A stretch of 64,000 bases of DNA from Nitrospira japonica (GCA_020725385.1 DYFC01000017.1:32001-96000), one strand, 5' to 3'; numbered from the stretch's first letter, positions 49,438 to 60,020 are shown. Program-made: numbers and translations. The notes: a model not told the origin generated them from the sequence alone.

Positions 49438-50397
49438 ATGGATAATATAATACCAGAATTTTCAATAGTTATTCCTGTTTATAATGAACAAGAAAATATT
49501 CCCGAGCTTTATAAAAGATTAACCGAAGTAATGGATACACTTTGCACTTCCAGAGAACTATCAATAAATTATTATGAAATAATTATGGTAGATGATGGAA
49601 GTACAGATGGTTCATGGGAAATCATAAAGAAACTTCATTATGACGATAAAAGGGTCAAAGGCATAAATTTTTCACGTAATTTTGGACATCATATAGCAAT
49701 TACTGCAGGACTTGATTACATAAAAGGTAATACTGTAATACTCATGGATGGAGACCTGCAGGACCCGCCCGAAGAGATCCCGAAACTTTATCAAAAATTT
49801 CAGGAAGGGTATGATTTAGTTTACGGAATCAGACAGAAAAGAAATGACTCTTTATTTAAGATATTGACTTCAAAGTTTTTCTGGTGGATTCTTAGAAAAT
49901 TTTCAGGGGTGGAAATGCCAAAAGATCAAACAATGCTTAGAGTTCTGAGTAAACGACTTGTTGAATCTATAAAACAAATGAGAGAAAATGCGAGGTTTAT
50001 TCATGGAATGATGGCATGGGTAGGTTTTAATTCCGCTAATGTTGAAATCAGGCATAATCCCAGAACAAAAGGTAAGAGTAAGTATAATCTACCCAAGATG
50101 TTTAAATTAGCTTTTCATGCAGTGACTTCATTTTCAGCTATTCCTTTAAAACTTGCATCCTATCTGGGATTTTCAAGCTCATTTCTAAGTTTTCTAATAG
50201 GATTATATTTCTTATATAAAAAGATTTTTTTTAACATTCCGGTTCCAGGTTATGCTTCTATAATAGTTTCGGTTTTTTTCGTTGGGGGTATTCAATTATT
50301 AGTGCTCGGGATAATGGGAGAATATATAGGAAGAACATATCAGGAAGTGCAGCGCAGACCTCTTTATATAATTAAGGAATCATTTATTGAAGAATAA
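49438..50397 (+). CDS. GT2 polyprenyl-phosphate glycosyltransferase (ArnC/GtrB-like)
   Basis: PVYNE, VDDGS, SRNFGH and MDGDLQDPPE motifs; two C-terminal TM helices. Confidence 0.9.
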   Translation: MDNIIPEFSIVIPVYNEQENIPELYKRLTEVMDTLCTSRELSINYYEIIMVDDGSTDGSWEIIKKLHYDDKRVKGINFSRNFGHHIAITAGLDYIKGNTVILMDGDLQDPPEEIPKLYQKFQEGYDLVYGIRQKRNDSLFKILTSKFFWWILRKFSGVEMPKDQTMLRVLSKRLVESIKQMRENARFIHGMMAWVGFNSANVEIRHNPRTKGKSKYNLPKMFKLAFHAVTSFSAIPLKLASYLGFSSSFLSFLIGLYFLYKKIFFNIPVPGYASIIVSVFFVGGIQLLVLGIMGEYIGRTYQEVQRRPLYIIKESFIEE

Positions 50398-51106
50398 AAT
50401 ACCAATAATTGAATTAAAATGGGATACCAGATTATTCAATAAAAAGATCGGGAGGCTTTGTTTACTTCCAGGTTACATAAATAAGATTGACAAAATTATA
50501 AATGAAGCAAAATCCAAAGGCTTTTTATATTTAACCTGCAGAATTGAACCACCCAAATTTTCACAGATTCGTTTATTAGAATCTGCAGGATTTTATTTAA
50601 CCGATGCAGGATTAACATTGGAAATAAAAACACCGAATTTATATTTAGGTGAAAATTTAATCAAAGTTCCTATCAATACAGCAACTATTACGGATATTCC
50701 TGTTTTAAAAAAGATTGTAAAATCACTTTTTCTTCATAGTAGATTCTATCACGACCCGTTTTTTACTAAAGATGATGCTGATAAAATCTATCAAGCATGG
50801 ATTGAAGATGCAATAAAAGGGATTTCTGCCGATATCGTTTTCTGGGTAAAAAATAAAGGTTTCATTGTTTGTAAAAAATCCCGTTTAAAAACAGGCGAAA
50901 TTTCATTAATTGGGGTGGTTGATAAATTTAGAGGCAAAGGAATTGGTAAAGCATTATTGGCTTCATCATTAAAATGGTTTGATAAGGAGGGTTTCAGTAA
51001 GGTAAGGGTAAGAACGCAGTTAATTAATATCAATTCTTTGAATTTTTACCTTTCTCATGGATTTTATGTGTATTCTTGTGATATGGTGTTTGGAAAAATA
51101 CTATAA
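50387..51106 (+). CDS. GNAT acetyltransferase, WecD (TDP-fucosamine acetyltransferase)-like
   Basis: LKWDT..F, SRF..D, RGKGIGK and TQ..N...FY..HGF motifs. Confidence 0.8.
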   Translation: MKNKIPIIELKWDTRLFNKKIGRLCLLPGYINKIDKIINEAKSKGFLYLTCRIEPPKFSQIRLLESAGFYLTDAGLTLEIKTPNLYLGENLIKVPINTATITDIPVLKKIVKSLFLHSRFYHDPFFTKDDADKIYQAWIEDAIKGISADIVFWVKNKGFIVCKKSRLKTGEISLIGVVDKFRGKGIGKALLASSLKWFDKEGFSKVRVRTQLININSLNFYLSHGFYVYSCDMVFGKIL

Positions 51107-51204
51107 CTTTTACAGATTGTAAAGTATTTTTGAATCGGGAGATACAGATAAATCTTCCTAATTGAATTAAATTAATACATCACTGATGGAGGTATTTATT
51201 TAAA

Positions 51205-51681
51205 ATGGATAAAAAGCCTGTTTTGGTTCTAGGAATCGGTAATCTGCTTTTCAGAGACGATGGGGTAGGACTTCACGTGGTAGAAAGACTTAAAACTATG
51301 TCATTGCCTTCAAATGTTGAGATAATAGAAGGAGGAATAGCAGCTTTTGATATAGTATATATGATTGAAAACAGAAAAAAAGTTATAGTTATAGATGCTA
51401 TAAAAGCAGAAGGAGAACCGGGAATGATATACCGCTTTACCGGAGATGATTTTATTGAAAAAAGAAAAAATGCATTGAAATCACCTGCTGAAGCTGAATT
51501 TGCGGATTATTATAATACAACGTGCATTATGGGAACAGCTCCGGAAGAGCTTATTGTAATAGGCATAGAACCATTCGACACAGGAGATAAAGACGGAAAG
51601 CTTAAAATCGAGTTATCTCCTGTGCTTCAGTCAAAACTACCTGATATTATTGAGATGGTTTTAAAAGAAATAAGGATTTGA
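51205..51681 (+). CDS. Hydrogenase maturation protease-like protein 1 (His ligand apparently missing)
   Basis: LGIGNLLFRDDGVG, IDA and GIEP motifs; has SPAEAE where the paralog has SAHD. Confidence 0.85.
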   Translation: MDKKPVLVLGIGNLLFRDDGVGLHVVERLKTMSLPSNVEIIEGGIAAFDIVYMIENRKKVIVIDAIKAEGEPGMIYRFTGDDFIEKRKNALKSPAEAEFADYYNTTCIMGTAPEELIVIGIEPFDTGDKDGKLKIELSPVLQSKLPDIIEMVLKEIRI

Positions 51682-51745
51682 TAATTATTTTTTTAGGTAT
51701 AAAGGCCAAATTATAAATTAATAATAGTCGAGAGGTTGAGATTAA

Positions 51746-52213
51746 ATGGATAAAAAACCTATTTTGATTTTGGGTCTTGGCAATCTTCTCTTGAAAGATG
51801 AAGGAATAGGAGTGCATGTTGTTCAAAGAATGATGAATATGTCATTGCCCCCTGATGTTGAAGTTCTTGATGGCGGTACACTTGGCATGAAGCTTATCTA
51901 TTATATTGAAAACAGAACCAAGGTTATTGTTATAGATGCTGTGTTAATCGATGATCAACCCGGAACAATTTACCGTTTTACAGGTAAAGACCTGTTGGAA
52001 GGAAATGCATGTCAATTATTTTCTGCTCATGATATTAATTTTACCCATGTTTTAAAAAATGCCGAGATGTTTGGGAATACACCAGGTGAAGTAGTATTTA
52101 TCGGAATTAAACCGGAAGATATAAGTCCCGGAATTGAATTAACTCCAGTAATTGAAGCACAGATTCCGAGAATTCTTGAATTGGTATTAAAAGAAATCGA
52201 AGTCTCAAAATGA
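51746..52213 (+). CDS. Hydrogenase maturation protease (HyaD/HybD family) 2
   Basis: LGLGNLLLKDEGIG, DGGT, IDA, SAHD and GIKP motifs. Confidence 0.9.
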   Translation: MDKKPILILGLGNLLLKDEGIGVHVVQRMMNMSLPPDVEVLDGGTLGMKLIYYIENRTKVIVIDAVLIDDQPGTIYRFTGKDLLEGNACQLFSAHDINFTHVLKNAEMFGNTPGEVVFIGIKPEDISPGIELTPVIEAQIPRILELVLKEIEVSK

Positions 52214-54057
52214 TATTGAGAGCCTCGAAATTTATATTTATTTCACTTGTTTTTATATTCATATTCGGAATGTTTGCCGGACGTATATGGGACCCTGATT
52301 TCTGGTGGCATTTGAAGACGGGTGAATATATTTATTCTACCGGCTCTTTGCCGGAGACTGACCCTTTTGCTTATACTTCTCTTCCTAAAGATCCTTTAAA
52401 CCCTGAATCTAAAAGAATCAAATTTATTTTAACTTCTTACTGGCTTTCTCAAATAATATTTTTCTTAATTTACAAAATGGCAGGATTTCAGGGAATTATA
52501 ATTTTTAGAGCAACAATTCTCACGGCACTCGTTTTTTTTGTTTATATGGCGATTAAAAGGGAAGGCGCTAACTTCTATACTTCAATAATCATGATTATTC
52601 CCTTGGCTATAATATTGAGCAATTTCACCGGTGAAAGACCACAGCTTTTTTCTTTCTTTTTTTCATTTCTTCTTATTTATTTATTTGAAGGTTTCAGAAT
52701 GTCTAAAATAAAAATTTCTTGGTCTTCATATCAGGAAATCAACTCAGAACGCCGACATGCCAATTTATTATATCTATTACCTGTCCCTTTCATTATGCTC
52801 CTGTGGGCAAACATGCATGGCGGAGTTTTTATAGGGGTTGCAATTCTATCTATATATGTTATCTGTGAAATTATTAAATTCTTTAGATATAAATCCGCGA
52901 GTGTTCTGTCTTCCAAAGAGCTAAAAATACTCGTTATAATCGGTTTCATCTCGATTTTAATGACAATTTTAAATCCAAATAAATGGGATGTTTTTTCTGT
53001 TTTGATTGAGTTTCAAAAAAGTAAATACATGGAATCAATTGTTGAGTCAAGGTCACCTTTTAATTTTCTTTCCTCGGGTTTTTATAATCAAGAGCTTATA
53101 ACATATATTTTTTTAATAATAATTTGTATCTTCTTTATGATTATAAATTTTAAACGCCTGGATATAACAGATATTGGAATAGTATCATTTTTTCTCTATA
53201 TAAGTGTTACTTCGGCAAGAACAATACCTTTTTTTGCAACAATATCTACCTTGTTTATAGCACGTTATGCAATAAAAACTATAAGAACGCTAAATTATAT
53301 CGAGAAATTAAGAAGTTTCGCTGGAAAAATTAAATTAGGATCTCTACAATCTGTATTGATAACTTCATTGTCAATTGTTTTGTTTATAGTTCTTGTGAAC
53401 ACCAGAATAATGAATAAGGGCATTGTGTGGGAGAGATATCCTAAAGGTTCTGCTGAATTCCTGAAAAATAATAAGATTTATGGAAATATGCTGAATCCAT
53501 ATGTATGGGGAGGTTATCTAATATGGACATTATATCCTGATTATAAAGTTTTTGTAGATGGAAGAGGTTTGATAGAAGAAGTTTTTTTCCAGAATTCCAA
53601 GATATTTAGTGCGAATTTACAGCAGTTTGGGGATATTCCTGAATGGCAGGCTTTTATGAAAGCATATAATATAAATTTTATAATAACTTATTCTGTTAAT
53701 GATTTCTCCGGCAAGCTGATTCCAATTATTCCATTTATTATGAATGACCCTGAATGGTTATTTGTATATATGGATAATAATTCACTGATATTTGTTAAAG
53801 AAAGTCCTGAAAATTCCGGAATTATCGAGAAATATTCGATGCCAAAAAAATGGGTATGGAATGAAGTTATAACAGAGGCTGCTTACAAAGTTAAAAAAGT
53901 GCCTGAAAAAACTAATTTTTATATAACAATGGGAGATGCTTTTTTTGCCAAACAGGATTTCCAGGATGCAAGAACAATGTATTTGAAAGCCAGAGAGTTT
54001 AACCCTTCAAATCCGGTTGTAATTCAAAGACTAAATTCATTGAACTCAATACAATAA
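52210..54057 (+). CDS. Multi-TM membrane protein, GT-C-like, with C-terminal TPR
   Basis: DPDFWWHLKTG after TM1, ERPQ, LWANMHGG, WGGYL and FVDGR motifs; about 11 TM helices; terminal TPR-like repeat. The GT-C assignment is inferred. Confidence 0.6.
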   Translation: MILRASKFIFISLVFIFIFGMFAGRIWDPDFWWHLKTGEYIYSTGSLPETDPFAYTSLPKDPLNPESKRIKFILTSYWLSQIIFFLIYKMAGFQGIIIFRATILTALVFFVYMAIKREGANFYTSIIMIIPLAIILSNFTGERPQLFSFFFSFLLIYLFEGFRMSKIKISWSSYQEINSERRHANLLYLLPVPFIMLLWANMHGGVFIGVAILSIYVICEIIKFFRYKSASVLSSKELKILVIIGFISILMTILNPNKWDVFSVLIEFQKSKYMESIVESRSPFNFLSSGFYNQELITYIFLIIICIFFMIINFKRLDITDIGIVSFFLYISVTSARTIPFFATISTLFIARYAIKTIRTLNYIEKLRSFAGKIKLGSLQSVLITSLSIVLFIVLVNTRIMNKGIVWERYPKGSAEFLKNNKIYGNMLNPYVWGGYLIWTLYPDYKVFVDGRGLIEEVFFQNSKIFSANLQQFGDIPEWQAFMKAYNINFIITYSVNDFSGKLIPIIPFIMNDPEWLFVYMDNNSLIFVKESPENSGIIEKYSMPKKWVWNEVITEAAYKVKKVPEKTNFYITMGDAFFAKQDFQDARTMYLKAREFNPSNPVVIQRLNSLNSIQ

Positions 54058-54142
54058 TTATTATATTTCTCAAAAATACCTTTTCAAATAAAAATCATCG
54101 GATTAACCCTCCTTAGGCGGGTTAACTTAAAAAATGCATTTG

Positions 54143-54341
54143 AAATAATGCAGATGTTGCAAGAAAATTTATTTTTCGATACCTTAGTGGACGCTTAAAG
54201 ATGATTTACCATTAACTTTTTTATTCATTACCAATAAATATCTTTTGATATAAAAATTATCGAGTTAAGTAAATTTTTGAGCAATGTCTGCATTATTTGG
54301 GTTAAATGACTTTTTGAGCAAGTCTGTTTTTTTCGGGTTAA
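54143..54341. repeat. Three imperfect ~30-bp copies (one inverted, two direct)
   Basis: 54143-54171 is the inverse of 54270-54298 (24/29 match); 54311-54341 repeats 54274-54305. Confidence 0.65.
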
Positions 54342-54366
54342 AGAAATAATTTCAAATGGACGATAA
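54339..54366 (+). promoter_or_regulatory. Sigma28 (FliA)-type promoter
   Basis: TAAA-N16-GACGATAA upstream of a chemoreceptor gene. Confidence 0.55.
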
Positions 54367-54503
54367 TTTAATTAAAGTATTAAAAATAAAATGTGCAGTT
54401 TTCAAAGAAATCACCTCTGTATTCTTTGTCAAAGCAAATTGGTTAGGTTGATAATCTGAAACAGATGTCTTTTCAATGAATTACTGCGCAAGGAGGTTTA
54501 ATT

Positions 54504-56144
54504 ATGTTTAAGTATCTTAAAAACATGAAAATCAGGTACAAATTATGGCTGGTTGTTGGTGTTATGATGTTCGGAATTATAACAGTTGGAACGATGTCGG
54601 CAGTCGAGTTAAAAGGAGATCTTTTCAAGGAAAAGGAAACAAAGACACGCCATCTTGTTGAGACCGCATATGGAGTAATAGAAAATTATTACAATCAATT
54701 TAAAGAGGGTAAAATTTCAGAAAGAGATGCCCAGGCATTTGCAATAGCTGCAGTGAAAAATTTAAGGTATGAAGAAAAAGATTATTTCTGGATTAATGAT
54801 ATGCAGCCAAAAATGATTATGCATCCTTTTAAACCAGAACTTGATGGAAAAGATTTATCGGATTTTAAAGATCCTACGGGAAAGGCACTTTTTGTAAGTA
54901 TGGTTGAAGTTGTAAAAAATTCAAAAGGGGGTTACGTAAGTTATATGTGGCCAAAGCCGAATTATAAAGAACCTGTGCAAAAAATATCTTATGTAAAAGG
55001 TTTTGAGCCATGGGGATGGATTATAGGAACCGGTATTTATGTCGATGATGTTAATGCTACGGTAAAGAAAGAAATACTGAAGATAATTACTATACTAATT
55101 CTTATAGTAGCAATATCTTTTTTCATTGCAACAACTATAATCAATGGATTGCAGAAACAATTGGGAGGAGAGCCTTCATATGTGGCTCAAATAGTTCAAA
55201 AAGTTTCTGAAGGTGATTTAAGCATTGAGATAGTAACAAATAAAAAATATGAAAATAGCCTTTTATATCATGCAAAAATAATGGTTGATAAGCTGAAAAA
55301 TCTTCTTGGAGAAATAAAGTCAACAGCAGATACACTTGCCTCTGCAAGCCATGAACTTTCAGCAAGCGCAGAACAGATGTCAAGAGGCGTTATTGAACAA
55401 TCAGGTAGGGCGTCTCAAATAGCTACAGCTTCAACAGAGATGTCCCAGACTATAATAGATATTGCTAAAAATTCGTCTAATATTGCTTCTTCTGCTTCTG
55501 AAACTGTGAATATTGCAAATAACGGTGAAAAAATAGTTGATAAATCGGTTGATGAAGTAAAAGCAATAGCAGCTACGGTTAATGAATCTGCCAGTTTAAT
55601 GTCTTCTTTGGGTGAACGCTCAAAGCAAATAGGCGATATACTTAATGTAATAAAAGATATTGCAGACCAGACAAATCTACTTGCATTGAATGCCGCAATA
55701 GAAGCAGCAAGGGCCGGAGAGCAAGGGAGGGGTTTTGCAGTGGTTGCAGATGAAGTTAGAAAGCTTGCAGAAAGAACTGCTAAAGCTACATCGGAGATAG
55801 GGAGTATGATATTTGGAATCCAGAAGGAGATGGAAGCTACTGTTGAATCCATGAATGCCGGTACAAAAAAGGTAGAAACCGGAGTAGAGTTTGCTGCTCA
55901 GGCTGGAGATGCTTTGCGTCAGATTGTAAAAAGTGTGAGTGAACTTCAGTCAATGGTTCAACAGATTGCTACAGCAACGGAAGAAATGTCAACGACTTCA
56001 GAACAAATTAGCGGTGATATTGAGACGATCGCCAATGTATCAAAAGAAACTTCTGTCAGTTCGGAACAGATATCAAAAGCTTCTTCGGATCTTTCAAGAT
56101 TAGCCGGAAATTTACAAAATGTAGTTGGTTTATTCAAAGTTTAA
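54504..56144 (+). CDS. Methyl-accepting chemotaxis protein with single Cache domain
   Basis: YFWIND...[17 protein letters not shown] and [37 protein letters not shown] motifs. Confidence 0.95.
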   Translation: MFKYLKNMKIRYKLWLVVGVMMFGIITVGTMSAVELKGDLFKEKETKTRHLVETAYGVIENYYNQFKEGKISERDAQAFAIAAVKNLRYEEKDYFWINDMQPKMIMHPFKPELDGKDLSDFKDPTGKALFVSMVEVVKNSKGGYVSYMWPKPNYKEPVQKISYVKGFEPWGWIIGTGIYVDDVNATVKKEILKIITILILIVAISFFIATTIINGLQKQLGGEPSYVAQIVQKVSEGDLSIEIVTNKKYENSLLYHAKIMVDKLKNLLGEIKSTADTLASASHELSASAEQMSRGVIEQSGRASQIATASTEMSQTIIDIAKNSSNIASSASETVNIANNGEKIVDKSVDEVKAIAATVNESASLMSSLGERSKQIGDILNVIKDIADQTNLLALNAAIEAARAGEQGRGFAVVADEVRKLAERTAKATSEIGSMIFGIQKEMEATVESMNAGTKKVETGVEFAAQAGDALRQIVKSVSELQSMVQQIATATEEMSTTSEQISGDIETIANVSKETSVSSEQISKASSDLSRLAGNLQNVVGLFKV

Positions 56145-56172
56145 ATTTATAATTCTAAATTAAATCTTTTCA

Positions 56173-56206
56173 AATAAAGGGCTCCAACAAAAATGAGCCC
56201 TTTATT
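56173..56206 (+). terminator. Intrinsic terminator
   Basis: AATAAAGGGCTC...GAGCCCTTTATT. Confidence 0.75.
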
Positions 56207-56533
56207 ATATTTTCAAATATAATATTTATATCCCAATTTATCTTATTTATCTTCAGAAAAACTAATTCATTAAAAAAGAAAATAGTTGAAATATAATACT
56301 GTGATTTTTTAGAATAAAAAATAAATATATTACAATTTAAACATAAATATAATAAAAATTATAAAGGCTTTTTAAAACATTATTGAATCACTCTGCAATT
56401 TTGATATTTGTAAAAAGTTCTTCGATTGTTGTTGTATTTCTGTCAGAAGTGAATCTCAAAAGTTTTTCAAAACCTGTTATATTGACAAAATAGTATTCTT
56501 GTCTTTAAAAGAGTCTTTTCATCGGGGGTATTA

Positions 56534-57562
56534 GTGTTAAAAGTTTTAAATAGAAAAGTAAATAAAATAAATAAATGTAAAGGAAAATCTTCTGAAAACA
56601 ATAACTTACATGAAACCAAAAGAAAAGTTTTGAAAAGTAGGAGTAACAAAGATTACAGGCACTTTCATAAACATCAAGATCCTGAATTATATTATAAAGC
56701 TATAATAGAAGCTTTTGATGGTTTAATTTATATCTGTTCATCTGACTACCGTATAGAGTTTATGAATCGGCAATTTATAGATAAAATCGGGTATGATGCC
56801 ACAGGTGAGTATTGTTATAAAGTTTTTCATGATAGAACTGATGCATGTCCATGGTGTGTAAATAAACGTGTTTTTAATGGTGAAACAGTCCGTTATGAAA
56901 CAATGATTCCAAAAGAAAACAAATGGTATTATGTTATGAATACACCTATTTATTATAAAGATGGAACTATGTCAAAACAATCTTTGATGATTGATATAAC
57001 TGAAAAGAAAATAATTGAAAATGCATTAAAGGAGAGCGAAGACAAGTACAGAATACTTTATGAAAATAATACTTCAATGTATTTTACTGTTAATAAAAAT
57101 GGAATTATCATTTCAGTTAATCACTTTGGTGCAGGACAACTCGGGTATTCTGTTGAAGAATTAATAGGCACATCGGTATTAAATCTTTTTCATCCGGATG
57201 ATAGAAAATTGGTGAGTGAACAATTCGAGAAATGTTTTATAAATCCTGATAAAGTGGAATACAGGGAATTCCGAAAAATTCGCAAAGATGGAAGTATTTT
57301 ATGGGTTAAAGAAAGTGCACGTGTAATAAATAAAGCAGATAAGAGCCAGATTATTCTTGTTGTATGCGATGATATCACGAAAAGAAAAATCATTGAAGAG
57401 GAATTAAGAAAAAGCCGGGATGAACTTACTCAAAGAGTAAAAGAACTTGAAGAATTTTATGATCTTGCTGTTGGAAGAGAATTAAGAATGATAGAAATAA
57501 AAAAACAGAATAAAAAACTTAAGGAAGAACTTGCAAAATTTAATGTTTATTTTGACGAATAA
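56534..57562 (+). CDS. Two-PAS-domain protein with C-terminal coiled coil
   Basis: Two PAS/PAC units ending in DIT; VGRELRMIEIK tail; no enzymatic output domain. Start uncertain. Confidence 0.78.
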   Translation: MLKVLNRKVNKINKCKGKSSENNNLHETKRKVLKSRSNKDYRHFHKHQDPELYYKAIIEAFDGLIYICSSDYRIEFMNRQFIDKIGYDATGEYCYKVFHDRTDACPWCVNKRVFNGETVRYETMIPKENKWYYVMNTPIYYKDGTMSKQSLMIDITEKKIIENALKESEDKYRILYENNTSMYFTVNKNGIIISVNHFGAGQLGYSVEELIGTSVLNLFHPDDRKLVSEQFEKCFINPDKVEYREFRKIRKDGSILWVKESARVINKADKSQIILVVCDDITKRKIIEEELRKSRDELTQRVKELEEFYDLAVGRELRMIEIKKQNKKLKEELAKFNVYFDE

Positions 57563-57568
57563 CTTCAT

Positions 57569-58990
57569 TTGTTAGTTATGAAAATTCCTCCACATGAATA
57601 TCATATTTATAAAAATCTTATAGAAAATACTGCTGAAATAATTCAGACAGTTACTCCTGATGGACATTTTATTTTTGTAAATAAAGCATGGTATAAAACT
57701 CTTGGATATTCTCATAATGAATTAAGTTCTTTAAATTTAAACGATATTATACATCCTGATCATAGAAATCATTCTAAAACCCTATTTGATAAAATAAGTA
57801 AATCAAATAAATCTTTATTAGTTGAGACCGCATTTATAACAAAAGATGGCAGAAAAATATATGTTGAAGGCAGTATACATAGAATTAGTCAGGCTAATAA
57901 AGTTTTATATATTCAATGTATTTTTCGTGATGTTACAGAAAAAAAGATTTACATGGAAATTATTGAAAATGCTATAAATGAATGGAGAATTACATTTGAT
58001 TCCATGCCATGCGGTGTTTTAATAATTGATCTTGATTGTAATATAAAAAGAACGAATAGATATTTTGCAAATATTTTTAAATTACAGATTGAGGATATAA
58101 AAGGTTTGAAATGTAGTGAGGTATTAAAAGATGTAGAACTTCAAAATGTTTTTAGGAAAATTATTTATGAAAAAACATTTCCTTTAGAGACAATACAATA
58201 TAATCTTAAAGAAATTAATAAAAGTTTCATGATTGATTTTACTCCAATTCCAGCAAGCGATGGAATTACAAGATCTATTATTCTTACTTTTGTCGATGTT
58301 TCAGAAATAAAAAATAAAGAGAAAAAACTTGTGGAAAGCAGAGACGCTTTTTTTAATATGCTCAAAGACCTCGATTATTCTTATAAAGAATTAAAGGATC
58401 TTTTCGAAAATTTAATACGCTCTTTTATTAATATGATTGAGGCAAAGAGTCCATGGACAAAAGGACATTCTGAACGTGTTACCGATTACGCTTTAACTAT
58501 TGCCACTGCATTAAATTTTGAAGAAGATGAATTAAATGATCTAAAAATAGCTGCTTTACTTCACGATATTGGTAAAATTGGTACTTATGATTTATTACTT
58601 GACAATCCAAATAGACTTACAGAAGACGAGTTACAGCTCATTTATATGCACCCGATTAAGGGTGAGAATATATTGAAGCCAATAAAACAGATGAGAAAAA
58701 TATTACCTATTATAAGACATCACCATGAACGGATAGATGGCAGTGGTTATCCGGATGGCTTAAAAGGGGATGAAATACCTCTACCGGCAAGGATATTAAG
58801 TATCGCGGATGCGTTCGATTCGATGACATCAAACAGACCATATCGAAATGCTGGAACCTATGAGTATGCTATCTCGGAACTTAAGAGTTGCAGCGGAACT
58901 CAATTTGATGGCGGACTTGTTGACGTTTTCTTGAAACTTTTATATAAGTCCGGGATTCGCAAAACACAGGAGTTTCCGGTTAATTTTTAG
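57569..58990 (+). CDS. PAS-PAS HD-GYP cyclic-dinucleotide phosphodiesterase
   Basis: GHSERV, LHDIGK, HHERIDGSGYPDGL and ADAFDSMTSNRPY motifs. The start may be ATG 57578. Confidence 0.9.
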   Translation: MLVMKIPPHEYHIYKNLIENTAEIIQTVTPDGHFIFVNKAWYKTLGYSHNELSSLNLNDIIHPDHRNHSKTLFDKISKSNKSLLVETAFITKDGRKIYVEGSIHRISQANKVLYIQCIFRDVTEKKIYMEIIENAINEWRITFDSMPCGVLIIDLDCNIKRTNRYFANIFKLQIEDIKGLKCSEVLKDVELQNVFRKIIYEKTFPLETIQYNLKEINKSFMIDFTPIPASDGITRSIILTFVDVSEIKNKEKKLVESRDAFFNMLKDLDYSYKELKDLFENLIRSFINMIEAKSPWTKGHSERVTDYALTIATALNFEEDELNDLKIAALLHDIGKIGTYDLLLDNPNRLTEDELQLIYMHPIKGENILKPIKQMRKILPIIRHHHERIDGSGYPDGLKGDEIPLPARILSIADAFDSMTSNRPYRNAGTYEYAISELKSCSGTQFDGGLVDVFLKLLYKSGIRKTQEFPVNF

Positions 58991-58991
58991 T

Positions 58992-59987
58992 TTATGTAAT
59001 TACTTCAGAAAGAATTCTTTTACCGGTTCTGCTTTCACAGCTAAAAACAGGTAATCTATGATTTTTAGTACGCTTTTGGTAGTACATTAATTTATCTGCT
59101 GAGTCTAATAATTCATGAACAGAACTAACTGTATTTGCATTGTATATTGAAATACCGGTACTTACTGAAAGATTATAAGGATGTCTTTGCAATTTATTAT
59201 ATTCTTCAAAATTATCATGTAATCTTTTTGTAATTGCTTCTATGGTATTATAAGTAGTATCTATTGTTAGAACAACAAATTCATCCCCTCCAATACGTGC
59301 CAGAATATCCGATTCTCTAAATGTCCTTTTAAGGATATTTGCTGTATTAATAAGTGCACTGTCACCTTCTTTATGACCGTGATTATCATTTATAAATTTA
59401 AGATTATCAACGTCCGCAAAAATAAAAAGTATTTCTTTTTTTAGTCTTTTTGCAAGTCTTAAATGTTGTTCGGCAAGATTTATAAAACCTCTTCTATTAT
59501 ATAAACCGGTTAATTCATCTATAAGTGAAAGCATATGTAATTGGTCCAGCATATTTTTTTTATCAGTGATGTCTCTTGCGATCCATTGTATTGCATAAGG
59601 GAAACCTTCTTTAAAAAGAATTGAAGCCTCTGATTCAACCCATATAAATTCTCCATTCTTTTTCTTTAGTCTTAACACAAGCGGACTCTTATTGGTGTAG
59701 TTATTATTTAAGAGATCAATAAAATTAAGAGCCGATTTTATATGTTCTTCTGAAAAGAAAGCTGTCAGATTTATTTTTTTAAATTCCTCTATTTTATATC
59801 CGAGTAGATTTAAAGTAGCATTATTTGCGTCAATAAAATTGCCTTTAAGGTCATGTATATATATGCAATAGAATAAACTATTATAAAGAGCATTATATCT
59901 TATTTGTATTTCTTTACAATATATTACTGGTTCACTGGAGCCGGATGTCCCGCATTTATTTTTTAAAGCACTATTTAATTTTTCCAA
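58992..59987 (-). CDS. PAS-GGDEF diguanylate cyclase
   Basis: PAS domain, DELTGLYNRR, RESD I-site and GGDEF. Confidence 0.92.
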   Translation of the reverse strand: MEKLNSALKNKCGTSGSSEPVIYCKEIQIRYNALYNSLFYCIYIHDLKGNFIDANNATLNLLGYKIEEFKKINLTAFFSEEHIKSALNFIDLLNNNYTNKSPLVLRLKKKNGEFIWVESEASILFKEGFPYAIQWIARDITDKKNMLDQLHMLSLIDELTGLYNRRGFINLAEQHLRLAKRLKKEILFIFADVDNLKFINDNHGHKEGDSALINTANILKRTFRESDILARIGGDEFVVLTIDTTYNTIEAITKRLHDNFEEYNKLQRHPYNLSVSTGISIYNANTVSSVHELLDSADKLMYYQKRTKNHRLPVFSCESRTGKRILSEVIT

Positions 59988-60020
59988 TGAGCCCTCCTTT
60001 TAAAAATTTAATAAATTTTT

